Part shown: positions 1 to 15,000 of the stretch, in pieces
Layout of the letters: each line of letters opens with the position of its first letter
How positions within the stretch are numbered: the stretch's first letter is position 1
Origin: Antedon mediterranea
Taxonomy: Eukaryota; Animalia; Echinodermata
Reading direction: 5' to 3'
DNA: 64,000 nucleotides
Assembly (NCBI RefSeq): GCF_964355755.1
Contig: NC_092676.1
Location: forward strand, 17,750,871 to 17,814,870
Made by a program: the position numbers and the translations under genes
The notes under the pieces: generated by a model
The model's database searches: none
Told to the model about the DNA's origin: nothing
What the model saw: the letters and a program-made list of their open reading frames with translations, nothing else

Positions 1-3000
1 CTTTGTACCATTACCAGAATCTGTTATAATCACTTCATAACAGTGCCACTCCACATCACGTCCAGTACCCTTTGCTCGTGGACCATCTGGTCTTTCTTTG
101 TGTCCCAACAAGATACTTTCAATCTTGCCAACATTTCGAGTTGAGAATTTAAAAGTGTTTACATCACCCCTAAATAAACGAAAAACAAAAACAGGATTTT
201 TAGATTTTAAATGATATGATGCAACAACAAACGGATTTACTTTCAACATTCAACTCCATCTGATGTACTGTAGCCCTCCTCAAGCCTCTGCCATTCATTT
301 CTACAGTAGTCTAAGTTGTACATGCTTAGGATATGATGTCCGTCCCTCTTGGAGTATATTTTACTGAAAATGACTTGCCACTTGCAGACAACACAGACAA
401 CAACCTCTCCTAAGGGCCTTTCAGCTGCTGCCACATGGCACTCATTCATCTGTCTACAACATGCTAAGATGGACCTATTAATAACCCTCTCCATATCCGG
501 GAAGACAGGGCAATAGTATTCTTTGTAAAATTATGAGTATTAAATTGAATACTACATGTAAAAACAAAATAAAAATAAATAAATACACACTTTCTTAGTA
601 TTTTTTCCTTTGGAGAATTCTCCATTAAGAACTCCTTTGATGACCGTAGATCTCCTTGCAGTATGATCCATGCATTCTGATAGGTCCCTGCATCTCGTTT
701 ATCAGTTGTAGAGACACTTATCTCATATACTACAGAAAAAAAAGTATTAGAATTATAAAATTGGCAAAGATGGTCAACAACATTTATTATTAAGACCACA
801 CCCTCACCCACAAGTGAATGGAACAGGAAAAATTATTACCAATCTTCTCTTTGTTGTCCTTAGGTGCGAGTTGATTATCACACGTGATTTCTCGCATGAT
901 CTGTTTGTCATCCTCATCACGTGCTAACCATCTATTAACAGTAAACATGTATGATTCGTCTTTCTTCTCATCTCGTACTTCAACAGATTCTAGATTCCAC
1001 CCTGCTTTGAAACCTTCATGAAAAAAATAGAAATAATTTTCTTCTTGCATCAGCTTATTTATCCATAGAGCTAAAAAATTACCTTTTACAGTAGCTTCTT
1101 ACTTTATACAGTATCTCCATGATTTATCCATAAAGGAATAAATATTTCCTCCACGATTTATCTAAAGAAAAGATGACATTAAATACTGGCTTTGTTTAGC
1201 CACTTCACATACTTTCACTGGAACAATGACCAGTATCTATTTTGACACCTACAGTGACTCCATTGTTTTGGCTATTATAATACTATCTTTATCTAATAAA
1301 CCTGCTTTGTATTGGTTCACACCCTTCTAATCCATTGTCTAGTGATGAACAATTACCAATGATTAGGGAGTCGTAAAATAAGATGATATTCACTTTGTAT
1401 TCATCTCAATTTTACTTGGTTAGCATTAGCAAGACGACGGTTGTAGCTTAACCATCAAGGCATTTTTTCTTTACTTTATTTCCTTTTTGAAATGCTATAA
1501 CAAAAGCCTCACTTTAGTAATGTTAATATTTCAAATCACAAAATGCATTTGTTTTAATGGAGAGACAGCCATTTTCTATACATTACAACAGAATATCTAA
1601 CCTGCATTGTCATGCCAAATTCTAATCTTTGTTAGTTCTCCTAAACTTAGCATATCAAACTTGAAGACGTCCATCTGGTTCCTTTCAAATTTATCACGAT
1701 GTGTTGTAGATTCTTTTAGCTTCAGTTCACCAGAATCTCCATTCATTCCAAAGACAACAATAGAAACATTCGCATCTGTTCCACCTCCTCGAACGTCACC
1801 AGTTTTTACATTAACAATGTAAGTAGTATCTATCATATGGAGTTAAATTATACTAAATCAAAATATCTCACCACAAGACTGCCTGCATAATCTTAAGTAT
1901 TCATGGTTTGTAAACGGTTAAGGGTTAATATTATGTAGGATATTTGTGATCACATAGTAAATTATCTGCCTTTACTTTATGTATAATGAGATAGCTTACT
2001 CTTTATTTGCTGTTTTCCTTTAATTGTTGCTGGTAGATCTCTTACAATTTTCTTGTCACTTTGGTTCTTTGATAACCAGTCTTCACATTTGAATACAGTG
2101 AGTTCACCAGTCACTGAGTTTCTCATGGTCACCTAAAATATGAAGTTAGTACATTTATAGGAGCCTGTTATCATGGCACATGGAATCATGGATACATTTC
2201 AAAGGCCGTAGAGAGAGGTTAAAAACAGACGAGGCAATGATGGCTTATATATAAGTATTAATATAAAATGACGAGCTCTGCTGGGGAATTTAGGTGGGTG
2301 GTAAAAATTGAAAATTTCAGTTCAGGCGAGCGCCTCATCTGCCTCATGCTGGCCCTGCATGTGTCCTAGTTTTTGGGATAATCAACAATAGTAATGGATT
2401 CCTTTTGTGGGTTTATTGATGAGTTTTTGGCATTATTTATGTTTCTAGCATTATAAATAAGTGTTTGGAATCGTAGTAATGATTTTTTGATAATTTCATG
2501 GATTTGGATAACTTTTAAAGAACAATCATGTGTTCCTGGGCCCATGAATATATCATGGAGTTATAACCTAGTTGGTAGATTGCTATAGCTCACCTTCTCA
2601 AGGTACCAATCAGCTCTGCTTCCCTTACCATTGTGACCAATACGAAGCTTTTTAAGAGATGCAATATCATCAAGTTCCATCTGATAAACAAAATATAATA
2701 TTTATATAACTGTTATTTAATGTATTATTGCCAACGTATGTTATAAAAAGCTTTGCTGTTTTTGTCATTGACTCTGGGATTGATAGATCATTTGACTCTG
2801 GGATTGATACTGTAGGTCATTTGACTCTGGGATTGATAGATCATTTGTCTTTGGGATTGATACTGTAGGTCATTTGACTCTGGGATTGATACTGTAGGTC
2901 ATTTGACTCTGGGATTGATAGATCATTTGACTCTGGGATTGATACTGTAGGTCATTTGACTCTAGGACTGATAGATCATTTGACTCTGGGATTGATACTG

Positions 3001-6000
3001 TAGGTCATTTGACTCTGGGATTGATAGATCATTTGTCTTTGGGATTGATACTGTAGGTCATTTGACTCTGGGATTGATACTGTAGGTCATTTGACTCTGG
3101 GATTGATACTGTAGGTCATTTGACTCTAGGATTGATAGATCATTTGACTCTGGGATTGATACTGTAGGTCATTTGACTCTGGATTGATAGATCATTTGAC
3201 TCTGGGATTGATACTGTAGGTCATTTGACTCTGGGATTGATAGATCAATTGACTCTGGAATTGATACTGTAGATCAATTGACTCTGGGATTGATACTGTA
3301 GATCATTTGACTCTGGGATTGATACTGTAGGTCATTTGACTCTGGGATTGATACCGTAGGTCATTTGACTCTAGGATTGATAGATCATTTGACTCTACGA
3401 TTGATACTGTAGGTCATTTGACTCTAGGATTGATAGATCATTTGACTCTAGGATTGATAGATCATTTGACTTTGGGATTGATACTGTAGGTCATTTGACT
3501 CTAGGATTGATAGATCATTTGAATCTGGGATTGATACTGTAGGTCATTTGACTCTAGGATTGATAGATCATTTGACTCTGGGATTGATACTGTAGGTCAT
3601 TTGACTCTGGGATTGATAGATCATTTAAATTTAACTTCTAAAAAAAAGATTTTGTTAGATTAACTCTTCTACTGTGCGTCAGTTTACAGTTTAGTTGCAA
3701 TACTGTTAGTGTAAGGTCATACAGTAGCTTCATGTCCTGCTATGAATGAACTTGTACAACCTATATGCTTATGGAACAGCCACAGCACTTTGATTTGGTA
3801 CTCGACTGGTATATTGAGGTGTTTATATAGTTTCTGTATTAAATACCTTTATCATATCCTCACTGCCTCTTTCAAATCTATCACCACATTTATCAATAGG
3901 TATTTCAGGAGTGTTTCCATTACTACCAAACACTGTCATTGTAATAGGCGCATCAGTTCCAGCTGCTTGGACATCTCCAGTGTAAATAGTAACTTCATAA
4001 GGAATTTCTAATTTTAAAAAACAACAGTAAATTAGTCAATTCGTAGCTTTTAAGTTAGGAAAAGATCATTATCAATGTAAATCAAAGGTAGAAATAGTAA
4101 TGAACTGCTAGTTTCAGTAACCCATACTGCATGTGCAACGCAATTCAAAACTCTCATCAAACTCATCTCTACCACGCTACCCTCGACCAATTTTGCACAA
4201 CTATGTTACGTTGTGTTACTTTGAGTTGTAGTCGGTTGAGATCAGTTGTTCGGAGTGTTCATGTCAACCAGTTTGAGTTCCATGTCGACCTAACATAGCT
4301 TTAATAGTGAATATTCACTGTCCTCTTTGTATTTTGTCGTTTTTAATTATTGCCAGAAATCATACAAGTAGAAACAAAATGTAAATCAACTATCTGCTTA
4401 CTTGGTTTATACTGTAACTTCTGGCCTTGTTCCAAGAACAGAGTTCTGACAATTTTGCCATCATCTTTGTCTTTTGAAAACCAGCATTTGCAAGGAAATA
4501 TATAATGTTTTCCAACGGTTGGCATATCAACTTCTATCTCTTCTATAAACCAACCCTCTTGTGGAGTAACACCATCATGTCCAATCTGAAAATAATAACA
4601 GGTTTTTAAGTTTAAAAATGAAAAAAAAACAGTGATCTTCAAAATATTTTAGCTTTTACTGTTAGTGTAGCTCATCAGCAAATATTTACAGAACGTATCT
4701 CTTCGTTATGCTGACTCTCACATGTCCGATATCCTTACTATTACACCATATAGCTCTCTTAAATAATTAAAACTCACCAAACCCATGAACCATACAGTAT
4801 ATAACTTTTATGTAAATGTTAGTCATTAGGACAGCTTGTATCACAGATGTAAAATCAGAGCATTGTAGGTAATGCAAAATTTAACAATGATAAAGAAAAA
4901 ATGAATTCCTTGAATCTCAATAATATTGAAAGATTTTCTTTTTTATTGAGCCAATACATGCTGTAATGCATTGTGTTATTCTCATATATATCCATCTTTA
5001 TTTCGACATGACAATGTCTGGATTGTTTATCTAGATCAGCTGTGTGTATAAAATTATATTGTACCTCAATCTTTTGGATTTCTGTAATGTCTGGTGCTTC
5101 AAGTGAGAATGTTTCTGTCGAAGCTGGTTCCATTTTTGTTTTATTAACCAGGTGCAGTGGTATTTTGCCTGTGACATTCTTCTTTTTCGGACCAATGAAG
5201 TTTATGAAGGCATTTGCTGTGGTGCCCATGTCTTCTTCTTTACCTGTGGTAATCTTCACTGTATATGGTATAGCTTTAAAAAAAAAACCATTAGTTTAGT
5301 TATTATTTAATGTAGTTTTACTAGATTTGTTACTAAATTTCACTCATTTAAAACAGATGAGCTTATACTCTGTTCATCACTACAGTATGTACAGTAATAT
5401 AAGGTCTAGGCATACATAAATTAAGACCTCCATGTACAGAAATTAAGACCTAATTTTGAGGAATAGAAGAAGAAAAAACATAATTTACAATAAGCAGAAT
5501 AATATGAATGTGTACTAATTTTAAAATGATTACTGAGAACTTACTTGGTCCATCGTAAACTGGTTCCTCCATTCCTGATTTTGAGCGTGGGCTCTCTTTA
5601 ATAGATTTTAACGAACGCATTGAGGCACTTCGGTGCAATGTACTAAGAGTAGCTGTGCTTGATGTGTCTCCTTCATATCCCTAAAAAATATGCAATAAAA
5701 GTGTTTTCAATCTTTTTCAATACTTTGTTTCTTCAGTGTAAATTGGTGTGATGGTGTAATTACAGTATACCTTGGATGTTGTTGTTGCTCAATGTATGTT
5801 ATTATTTCAGTATATCAATGTCAGTAAATCTACTTGAATTTCAACTACACACCTAAACATTCAGAGCTCAAATTTTGGAGGTTACAAGCAGCACATTCTA
5901 CAAAAGGGATAACCAGATGGGATATTCATGTTTCCGCGTTGCACAACAATTTCAAATTTCAATAAGGTTAGCATGTTGTTGTACCTTTCAACAGTTGATA

Positions 6001-9000
6001 CAAGAAAATAATGCACGGCAGGTGATACAAAATAAAATGTATAGACTCAGATTTGTTCTAATTGAATATAAAATACTTGCACATGGAATTGATTATACTA
6101 TGCTAACTTTATCAAAAGGAATTTACAATATTTGTTACCTTAATGTAGAGTGATCTTTCTAGTTTTCCATCATCTTTGTTTTTGCCAATCCACCGTTCAC
6201 AGCGAAACAATGCAGTCTCTCCATCTGTATCAACTACTTCCACCTTGTCTAAAAACCATGCAGCGTTGAAACCAGAATTGTCATGACGGATTTTAATCTT
6301 AAAAACTTTTCCCAGATCAACAGCTTCCACAGAAAATTTATCACACTTTAATTAAAATAAAGAAATTATATTTTCTACAGTTTCTCTACTTTAAACCATG
6401 GCTGGACGCAAAGCAATGACGTAGGTGCAACGCACGCAAGCAACAGTTTTCATGGTTCACCTCAGTGTGCTTATGTCCTTGCTTTGCCTCCTAGTGGGAA
6501 CCAAGCTTAAATCTAAACTGTAATTCCACAGAATTAATGATTGGATGATAAATCTAAAATAAATCCAATTTAAATATAACATGACATGAATTTCACTTGT
6601 TACAGCAACAAATATTATGTTTAAAACATATTATAAATATATACAAATTGTTTTACTTACATGAGCCCTTTCAAATTTGTCTGAATATGACTCAGATTTT
6701 AGCAGTTTTCTTTCACCCGTATCACCATTTTCACCAAAAATATTTATAAAGACATTTGCATCAGTTCCTGCTCGAAACACATCGCCTGTATACACTAGTA
6801 CTTTGTATTTCCTCACTGAAAAAATGTAATTAAATCTTTCTAGATTTGAAATGTTTAATAAATGTGGCTAATCTATATCTAAATTTAATATAATGCAACT
6901 AACAAACAAATCAACAACAATACCAGAGCATCTACAATAACCTTGCAATGCAGAAATTATACACTCTCAGTATTTATACATTTATATAAAGTTCTAGTTC
7001 TATCATAAGATTACAGTAGGAGGGAGGTCCTACACCTGCAAAATGTTTTGGTTTATAATTAAATAAATTGAGTATTTACATTCAATTGGAATGGAATCTT
7101 TTTTACTTATTTATTTTATTCAGTTCACAACCAACAGCGATGAAACCGCCACTAACTTACTTGTTAATGTTGACTGTTTGAGTTCTTTTTTCTTCATTGT
7201 TCCATCTTTTCCCATTTTTTCCTCTGTTACCTGTGCTGGAACCAATTCCCGAACAATTTCACCATCATCCTCCTTGCGTGCAAACCACCTCTTGCAGGGA
7301 AACACAAACGTTCTAGAGCCCTGATAGAAACAATTGCCATTTAAGAAATCAACAAGTTAAACCATCCATTAATGAAATTCTTCCGATCAAGTCATTTAAT
7401 ATTTTTAATGATGATGTTTAAATGATATTTTTTAGTAAAAAGTCTTTCACAATGTGTCATCTTTGCTTATTTTTTTATTTTATTTTATTTTATTTTTAAA
7501 ACCAGAAACAACAGCAGAAACAAATCCGCCACTTACTTATTATTATGAATAATTGGTATGAAAAAGATGGATTTTGTCATGATTTGTGTTGAAGTTGTTA
7601 GGCTATGTGAAATCCATGCTATTTACATTTATTATAGTGAACCCAAGAAAGCATGAAATTCGAGAAGTTAAAGTCACTTTCTCTGAGAAACACAGCATCT
7701 AAAAGGCAGATTGTGGGAGCAAAACATAATCATGTCATGTGCAATTTTTAAACTCAATTGATGCGAGAGCATATCTTGAACAAACATAATTCAATATAAA
7801 GTACTAACCTTTCCTTTTTCCAACAACTTTCTGACCTCTACCTTATCAAGATGCCAAGCAGCTCCAAACCCTGAACCATCATGTCCAATTCGAATCTTCT
7901 CAATGCTTTCACCAACATCTTCAAGCTATCAAAATAAAACAAGGACAACTTTGAGTAATAATCCCAATCTCAAAGGGTTATCAATCTTTTCTTGTGTGTT
8001 TTATCAGTTTTTTTATTGATACATAATAATGATAATAGCTATAAAACTGTTGCCTTGCAGAATGGAATTGGATTGGCAATGGCTACAAAACAAGCATAGC
8101 TGCGGATGTGTGAAAGACAGTTTAGATGGTGCTTAGCTGATGTGCAACAGCTACTTCACCAAAACTTGATGCACATGTGAAAGGGAAAATGTGATTTTAG
8201 TCATCATCTGACACGATGAATAGCAAAAGAAGAAGACATACATACCTCAACCACAAATTTATCAACCTTCTTTCTCTCAAAACATTCTTTCCGTTGTTTT
8301 TTGTTTTCGCATAAACTCTTTTGGGTAGTGTTGGTATCCATACCAAAGAGAACAACAAACACATCAGAATCTGTTCCAGCTCCATTAACATCACTAGTAT
8401 ATACAGTGATCTCATACGGAACATCTGAATGAAAAGAAATAAACATATTTTTCTGAAACTGAATTGTATATGCTGTCATGGTACACTTCGTATTTTCAAA
8501 ATGAATGTATCAAAATCACTGATTTAAGAAACAAGTTTTATATTAGTATTTCAAAATACTACTGGTGTTCCTGTATTTGTACATACGTTTTTCATATTCT
8601 TCTGTTCTTGTGGTTATTGGGAATAATTCCCTCTCGATTTGGCCATCATCTTCTCCTTTATCTAGCCAACGGCCACATGGAAATTCCCACTTCTTGCCAA
8701 GTGAAGGTGCATCTATGACAACCTTGTCCAACATCCAACCAGCAAATCCTCCTTTATTATCATGCCCAATTCTGGAAGTGAATATTTATGTGTTTATAAA
8801 TCAATTTTAGCATTTATGTTCTGGCAAATTTTAGGATCATTGGTAACTATTTACCATCTACAGGAGATACTGTAGATACAAGGAACGGTACATGCATTGA
8901 CCTTAAACCTTTTTAACATTTTTTAAAGTAAAATGGCATAGAAAACATTTTCCAAGAACCTTAAACTTTCAGTTCAACCTATCTAAAAACAGGTCATATA

Positions 9001-12000
9001 CATTTATTGTATAAATAAAACAAGTTTATAGAATGTATATAACTACCTAATTTTCTGTATGTCTCCAATATGCACAGCTTCAACAACAAATTCATCCGTA
9101 ACTCCTCGTTCAAATTTATTTTTGTTTGTTTTAGATGATTTTAGATTAATCAAACCTGCGAAACAAATATATTTTACATAAGTAATAGTACAGGAAAGAT
9201 ATGCTCAGAATCAGTAAAAGGTTGAAAAAATTGCAACAGAATTTTTTTCACCACAATGCATTTCTATAAGGTCCCTATATGAACATACTAAAAGTCTAGA
9301 AAAATCCAGGTAGGGGAAATAGGTTTTTTTAAACAAAATGGCCGCCAATGGCGAAAAATGTCTAAAAATGAACAAAAAACATATATTTTATATCTAATTA
9401 CCACTTGATAGCAGTTTTTATAATGCTTTTTATATTTCTTTAGTGTCAAACATTTAAACTGCAATATACATATTAATTTAAGTGCTATTTAGCAACAAAA
9501 ACACACATTTAAGTATCAAGATATCACCACGGTTATAATAATAGACAACGTAGTCCTATGCATTATAATGCAGGACTACAGTGTCTAATAAAACAGTTCA
9601 TTTACATTTGTACTGTCACAACAATAGAATTATACAATCTTACAATCTATTAATCCATTCATTTTCATTGTCCAGTTATCATCCTCTGTCTATAGGTAGG
9701 AATTAAGCATGTGCTGATGCCGTGGTATTCGTCACAAACAGTGGTACTGGTGGTAAATTTGTCATCAATGGACACATCACGCCATTTGTAACTTTCCATC
9801 CCCCAGTCTGTGGGTTGAAGAGTACTTTCTATCCACTGCTGTACCATGGTAATATACACGCAGGGAATGACATTTTGCAGCATTTGTTGTAGGGGGAATA
9901 GACTTTATTTCAAGTGCTGTTTTGCTTTTTGCTACTTTCTCCCAGAACGTATTCCTCCATACAGTATAGCTACCAATGCCAATTCCTCTGATGCGATGGT
10001 TTCTTTTTTTTTGGAGACGTTTGGTTTTACAGAGTTTGTAAGCATACTACTGCCCAGGTGTTATGACTTGTTAAGACCTTTTCCTATACCAAATAGATGG
10101 GATGTAGTATCATATCCCTGGATTCCATGTATAAAAAGCAAACTAATTTTTACAGAGCTTCACACCAAGGACAGACTTTACATGCATTCACAGTGCTCCC
10201 CCATCGAGAACATACAGTATTAAATCAATGAATGAAGCAACCGTGACAGAATATAAATTTAAGAGGAAAGAACACATGGGTCAAACCAACCATATTCATC
10301 AATAAAGAAGCAGTGCACATTCCCCCTCACATATACTATTTCATCATCTATGTGAGACAGTCATACACAATGCATCATTTGGTGAAAAAGAATCTTATAC
10401 TTTTCCTGCAGCCCTCTTTTACTCCATTGACTCCATACACACTGCTAGACTACTCAGAAACCTTCATCTCACTGCCCACTGTTTGCTACATCAAACCTTT
10501 TGGCCCGAAACAGCAACATTTCAAGACACTTATTATGTACCATGTATGTTTGTTACGTTATGTGAAGGCAAAGTGTTGTGTTTAATGGCTATAATTATGG
10601 GCCGTAAGTAAATTTGGTTTAGGAAAAGGTGTTGGCCTTAAAAATCATCACATCACAGTAGGAGTTGTATGTCAAATTCTGTAAACCAAACAGTTTAAAA
10701 AAAAAAAGAAAACATTGCATCAGGAATTTGGCATTGGTACCTATATATTATGGAGGGAAGTCAATGGAGACTTTAGACAGCCTCTTTTCTTTGAGAAAGT
10801 TGCAAAAAGCAAATCTATTCCCTTGCTGCAAAATTTCATTTCGTGAGTCTTTATTACCAGGTATAGCAGTGGATAGGAGATACTCTTCAACCCACAGACT
10901 AGGGATGGAAAGTATTGATGACAAATTGACTACCAGCACCAGAGAAACTATTAAAGTTGATTAGATGTACCTATAAATAAGGTTGTAGTAAAATGAATTG
11001 CCGTTGCAGAAAATATGGTTTGGACTGCTGCTCCACTATTTTTTAAGAATGCCACGGCATCAGCACATGCTCAATTCCCCACCAATAGATGGAGGATGAG
11101 ATACTGACAAGATGAAAGTGAAATTACCGCATTTATTTGAATAAATGCCCTTGGTGGTTGATTTTTAAGGAGGGTAGTGGGGGCGTGTAATCGTCGTGAG
11201 GAGTTTATTCGGAGAGGCGTATATTTTTGTGGGTGTAATGTGGGAAACGTGTATAATCAAATAAATACACCCTTTAGATATGAACAAATACAACACCATT
11301 CAGTAAATTCTATTACAAATAGAGATGTGTTAAAATACAATATTGTGTATAATATGCATGTGGCGGGGCGTACATTCGAGGAAATAAATTCAAAATGATG
11401 TCCGATGGGAGCGGGGGAGGGGGTGCGGTGGCGTAGGTTATTCAAAATGATGTCCTATGGAGGGGGAGGGGGGCATTTATTCGATTTTTCTAAATGTAGC
11501 GTTTATCCGAATAAATACGGTAATAGATTGTGGCGCAAGGATTTTCCCGATGAGGGGTGGGGGGGGGGTGGAGAGCGCAGCCAGCATCAATTGGCTGGGC
11601 CATCAATGGGAGCGCACCCAGAGGTTCCGATAATATTATACCGGTAAAGGGTAGTTTTACTCACTTTTAAAAATGAAAATCCTTGAAACAGCACTCAATG
11701 GGGTATTGTTTTATATTAGGAAATATCATCATATTATTGCCTATATACATAAAAAATAGCCAATTGTGGAGAGGGGATGGGGGACGGACAGACTCCCTCA
11801 CCCTTCCCATTTGATCTCCCATCCCTATACCCCTCCCCACTGGCACCACCAATGTTGTAATATATTGTTATAACAGTACAAATGTAAATGAACTGATTTA
11901 TTAATAGACACCGTAATCCTATGTATTAAGCATAGGAAGGACTGCGTTTTATATATTATTATAACAATAGGGATATATCTAGATACTTAAACATTTGTTT

Positions 12001-15000
12001 TTCGGCCATTTTCTAATTAACAGCACTTAAAATAATGTGTTTATTGTAGGTCAGATCTTCGAAATTGTAAAGAAATATATAAGCCATTGTAAAAACTGTT
12101 ATAAAGTGGTAATTAGATCTATCATTTATGTTTTTTTGTCCTTTTTTAGGAATTTTCGCCATTGGCGGCCATTTTGTTTAAAAAAACCTATTTCCCCTAC
12201 CTGGATTTTTCTAGACTTTTAGTATGTTCATATAGGGACCTTATAGAAATGCATTGTGGTGAAATAAATTCTGTTGCAATTTTTTCAACCATATTTCATA
12301 GTTTTCCTGTACTATAATTGCACTACAGTACAATGCATTGTCTTTTCATTGAGAAGTGTAGTTTGCCTAACCACACATTAGAACAAACTCGTTTAGTTTA
12401 TATATGGTGAAAAGCTGTGCAATTAAAAGTAAAATCTTACCTGTATCATCATTTTCACCAAAGATGATCACATAAACATTCGCATCTGTACCAGCTCCTC
12501 GCACATCAGAAGTAGTCACAAAAACATGGTATGTCTCCATTGCAGCTACAATATCGAAAAATATATATATTGTATGACATGACACATGTTGAAAAAACAG
12601 TTTTGACACAACCAATAAACCTTCTTTCCTGAGTCAAAATTAGTGATACTATTTTGCATGCATGAACGTGTAATGTGTACATAACATAATGTGTAACACG
12701 TTGATTTGTAATTTTGTTAAGCTTTTTACTTGTACAGTGGCTTTTACTAGGTTCATATGTGTAAATATCAATCAATTTGGCCAACCAACATACTGTTAAT
12801 ACTTTTACTTTTGTAAAGAACCAACCTTTAGTTTCAAGAGCAAGTTCATCTCTGATTGAAGTGGTGGATTTACTCTTAGATAATCGGTTCATTACATCTT
12901 TTTCAAGAGGTACCAACTCTCTAGATATCTGTCCATCATCATCATTAGTTGATAACCAACGTTGACAAGGAAAGTAATACCTGTAAATTGAAGTATTTTG
13001 GTAGGTTAAAGAGGCAGTATCAAAAAAAGTTGAAAGAGCATCTATTTTACGGTTCTAAGGTAAGTAAGTCATCACTCATTATATCTCTCCCTCTTAAAAT
13101 GTTTCCGTCATTAAGACATTATCCACGATTTGTTTCCATATTTCTGTTTTTGGTAGGATGGCTTTGTTACTATTTTTTCCTTTTAAATCTTTTTTTTTTG
13201 GTTTGTCCAGCTATCTTGTGGTCTTCCTGGTGGTTTTCTTTTTTTAGTTCCAATACTTTTCATCAATTCCTTCGATTCTAATTTAAACCAATATGTTTTC
13301 CTATTGAATTGAACGGGTGTTATTCCACATAATGAAAAATAAATGAATATATACATACCTAGCATTATGCCTCTTATCTTCTACCTCAACTCGATCAAGA
13401 AACCATGATGCCCCTGTACCTGAGTTGTCGTGTCGTATTTTAAGCTTTAATAAGCTACCTAAATCAGCTGCTTCTAGTTTAAATACATCTTCCTGTAAAA
13501 TATATAGTATAAGTTAAAAACAAATATAAGTACAAAAAGTTTTTGGAGGATGAAAACAAAGAATTAGATTTAAAATTAGGGTAGGTGAAATGCTTGGTTC
13601 CCACTACAGATGTACAAGGACGTTAGTGCAATGTAAGTATGCATTACATCTCCAATGGGACCTAGCCTTTACATTAGATGAATTTAGACTTGTGACCTCA
13701 ACCCATTTTAAAATAAAAATTTGTCCTTTTTTATTGTACCTGATTTCTCTCAAATTTATTCCGATGAGTTTCAGAGTCTTTCATTCTTCTTTCTCCTGTG
13801 TCCCCTTTCTCCCCAAAAATGTTTATGAATACATTTGCATCAGTTCCTCCTCGAAATTTATCTCCAGTAAATACACGGACTACATACTCAGACACTAAGT
13901 AAAAAAGAAATGTGTAAATTACCATAGATCATGGTTAGCACACACAAAATATAGATAAAGAGTATATGATGGACATACAATCTGCAGAATTTGATAGCCC
14001 ATGCTCTCCGAAAAAGTTATGATATAAATATTTCCTTGAACACCCCTCTATGATAATGGAATAATCTACCAATATAATCATAATCATACTTACTGACAAG
14101 AGAATTTCTTCGTAGTACTTTTCCATTTTCATCAGTAGGAACAAGTTCTCTTACAATTTGGCCGTCGTCCTCGCCACGAGCTAACCATCGATTACACACA
14201 AACATATACTTAGTTGTCTCTTCCTCTTTTTCATTTTCATCCTCACTTTCATCTAATTTTCCCTTAGACTTCCTTCTTTTTAAGGTTCCTTTTGTTTCTT
14301 CCTCATCACTCTCACTCTTTAGGCTGGATTTTGACTTCCTTCTTTTTAACTTTCGATTATCATTTTCTTCATCTTCACTGTCGTTGAGTTTTGATTTAGA
14401 TTTTCGTCTTTTTAATTTACTTTTGTTGTCATCATCATCACTTGCATCAATTTTGGATTTAGATTTACTTCTTTTTAATTTTTTCTTTGGCGGAAACCTT
14501 TCAACAATAACCTGGAAAAATAAGTAAAAGTAAAATTTTAGTTAACAATACACACATCTTCTAAAACTAGAAAACATTGGCTGGCATGAAAATAGTTTAG
14601 GACATTAATTTAGGTTTAATGAATGATGACGACAGAAATGTATATCACTGCCACATCAGATGTGTTGGGAAAACTGGTAAGGAATCTTCCACTCAATAAA
14701 AAAACTAACTATAATAGTTATGACTGCAACAAATCTTTTGTTACTTTACCCTGTTGAGAAACCAGCCAGAAAACATTCCAACCCCATCATGACCAATCCT
14801 GATCTTGGTAAGGGGACCAACATCCTCAGCTTCAATCTGTAGGGGTAAAAACAACATAAATGGTGTTTGAACTGACCTTGTGTTTAAATTAAACACATGT
14901 TAACTACTCTACATTGTTTTATACTAAATAAAACAAACTTGTTTTTTAAATATATAACTACTTTTACAGAATATATTAAGCACAATTTATTCATTATTGT

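Larger units (their letters stand above)
9186..12314. mobile_element. Non-autonomous Academ-like DNA transposon with fold-back structure, in a LOXHD1 intron
   Basis: Termini TAGTACAGGAAA...TTTCCTGTACTA with a TAA duplication on both flanks. 9221-9355 is a near-perfect inverted copy of ~12157-12290, and diverged inverted similarity continues to ~9640/~11850. Degenerate XPG-like transposase segments lie inside. Confidence 0.85.

Noticed and set aside
2765-3626. CRISPR-like appearance of regularly spaced repeats
   Set aside because: There are no unique spacers (only GA or CTGTAGG) and no cas genes, and the array lies in a eukaryotic intron.
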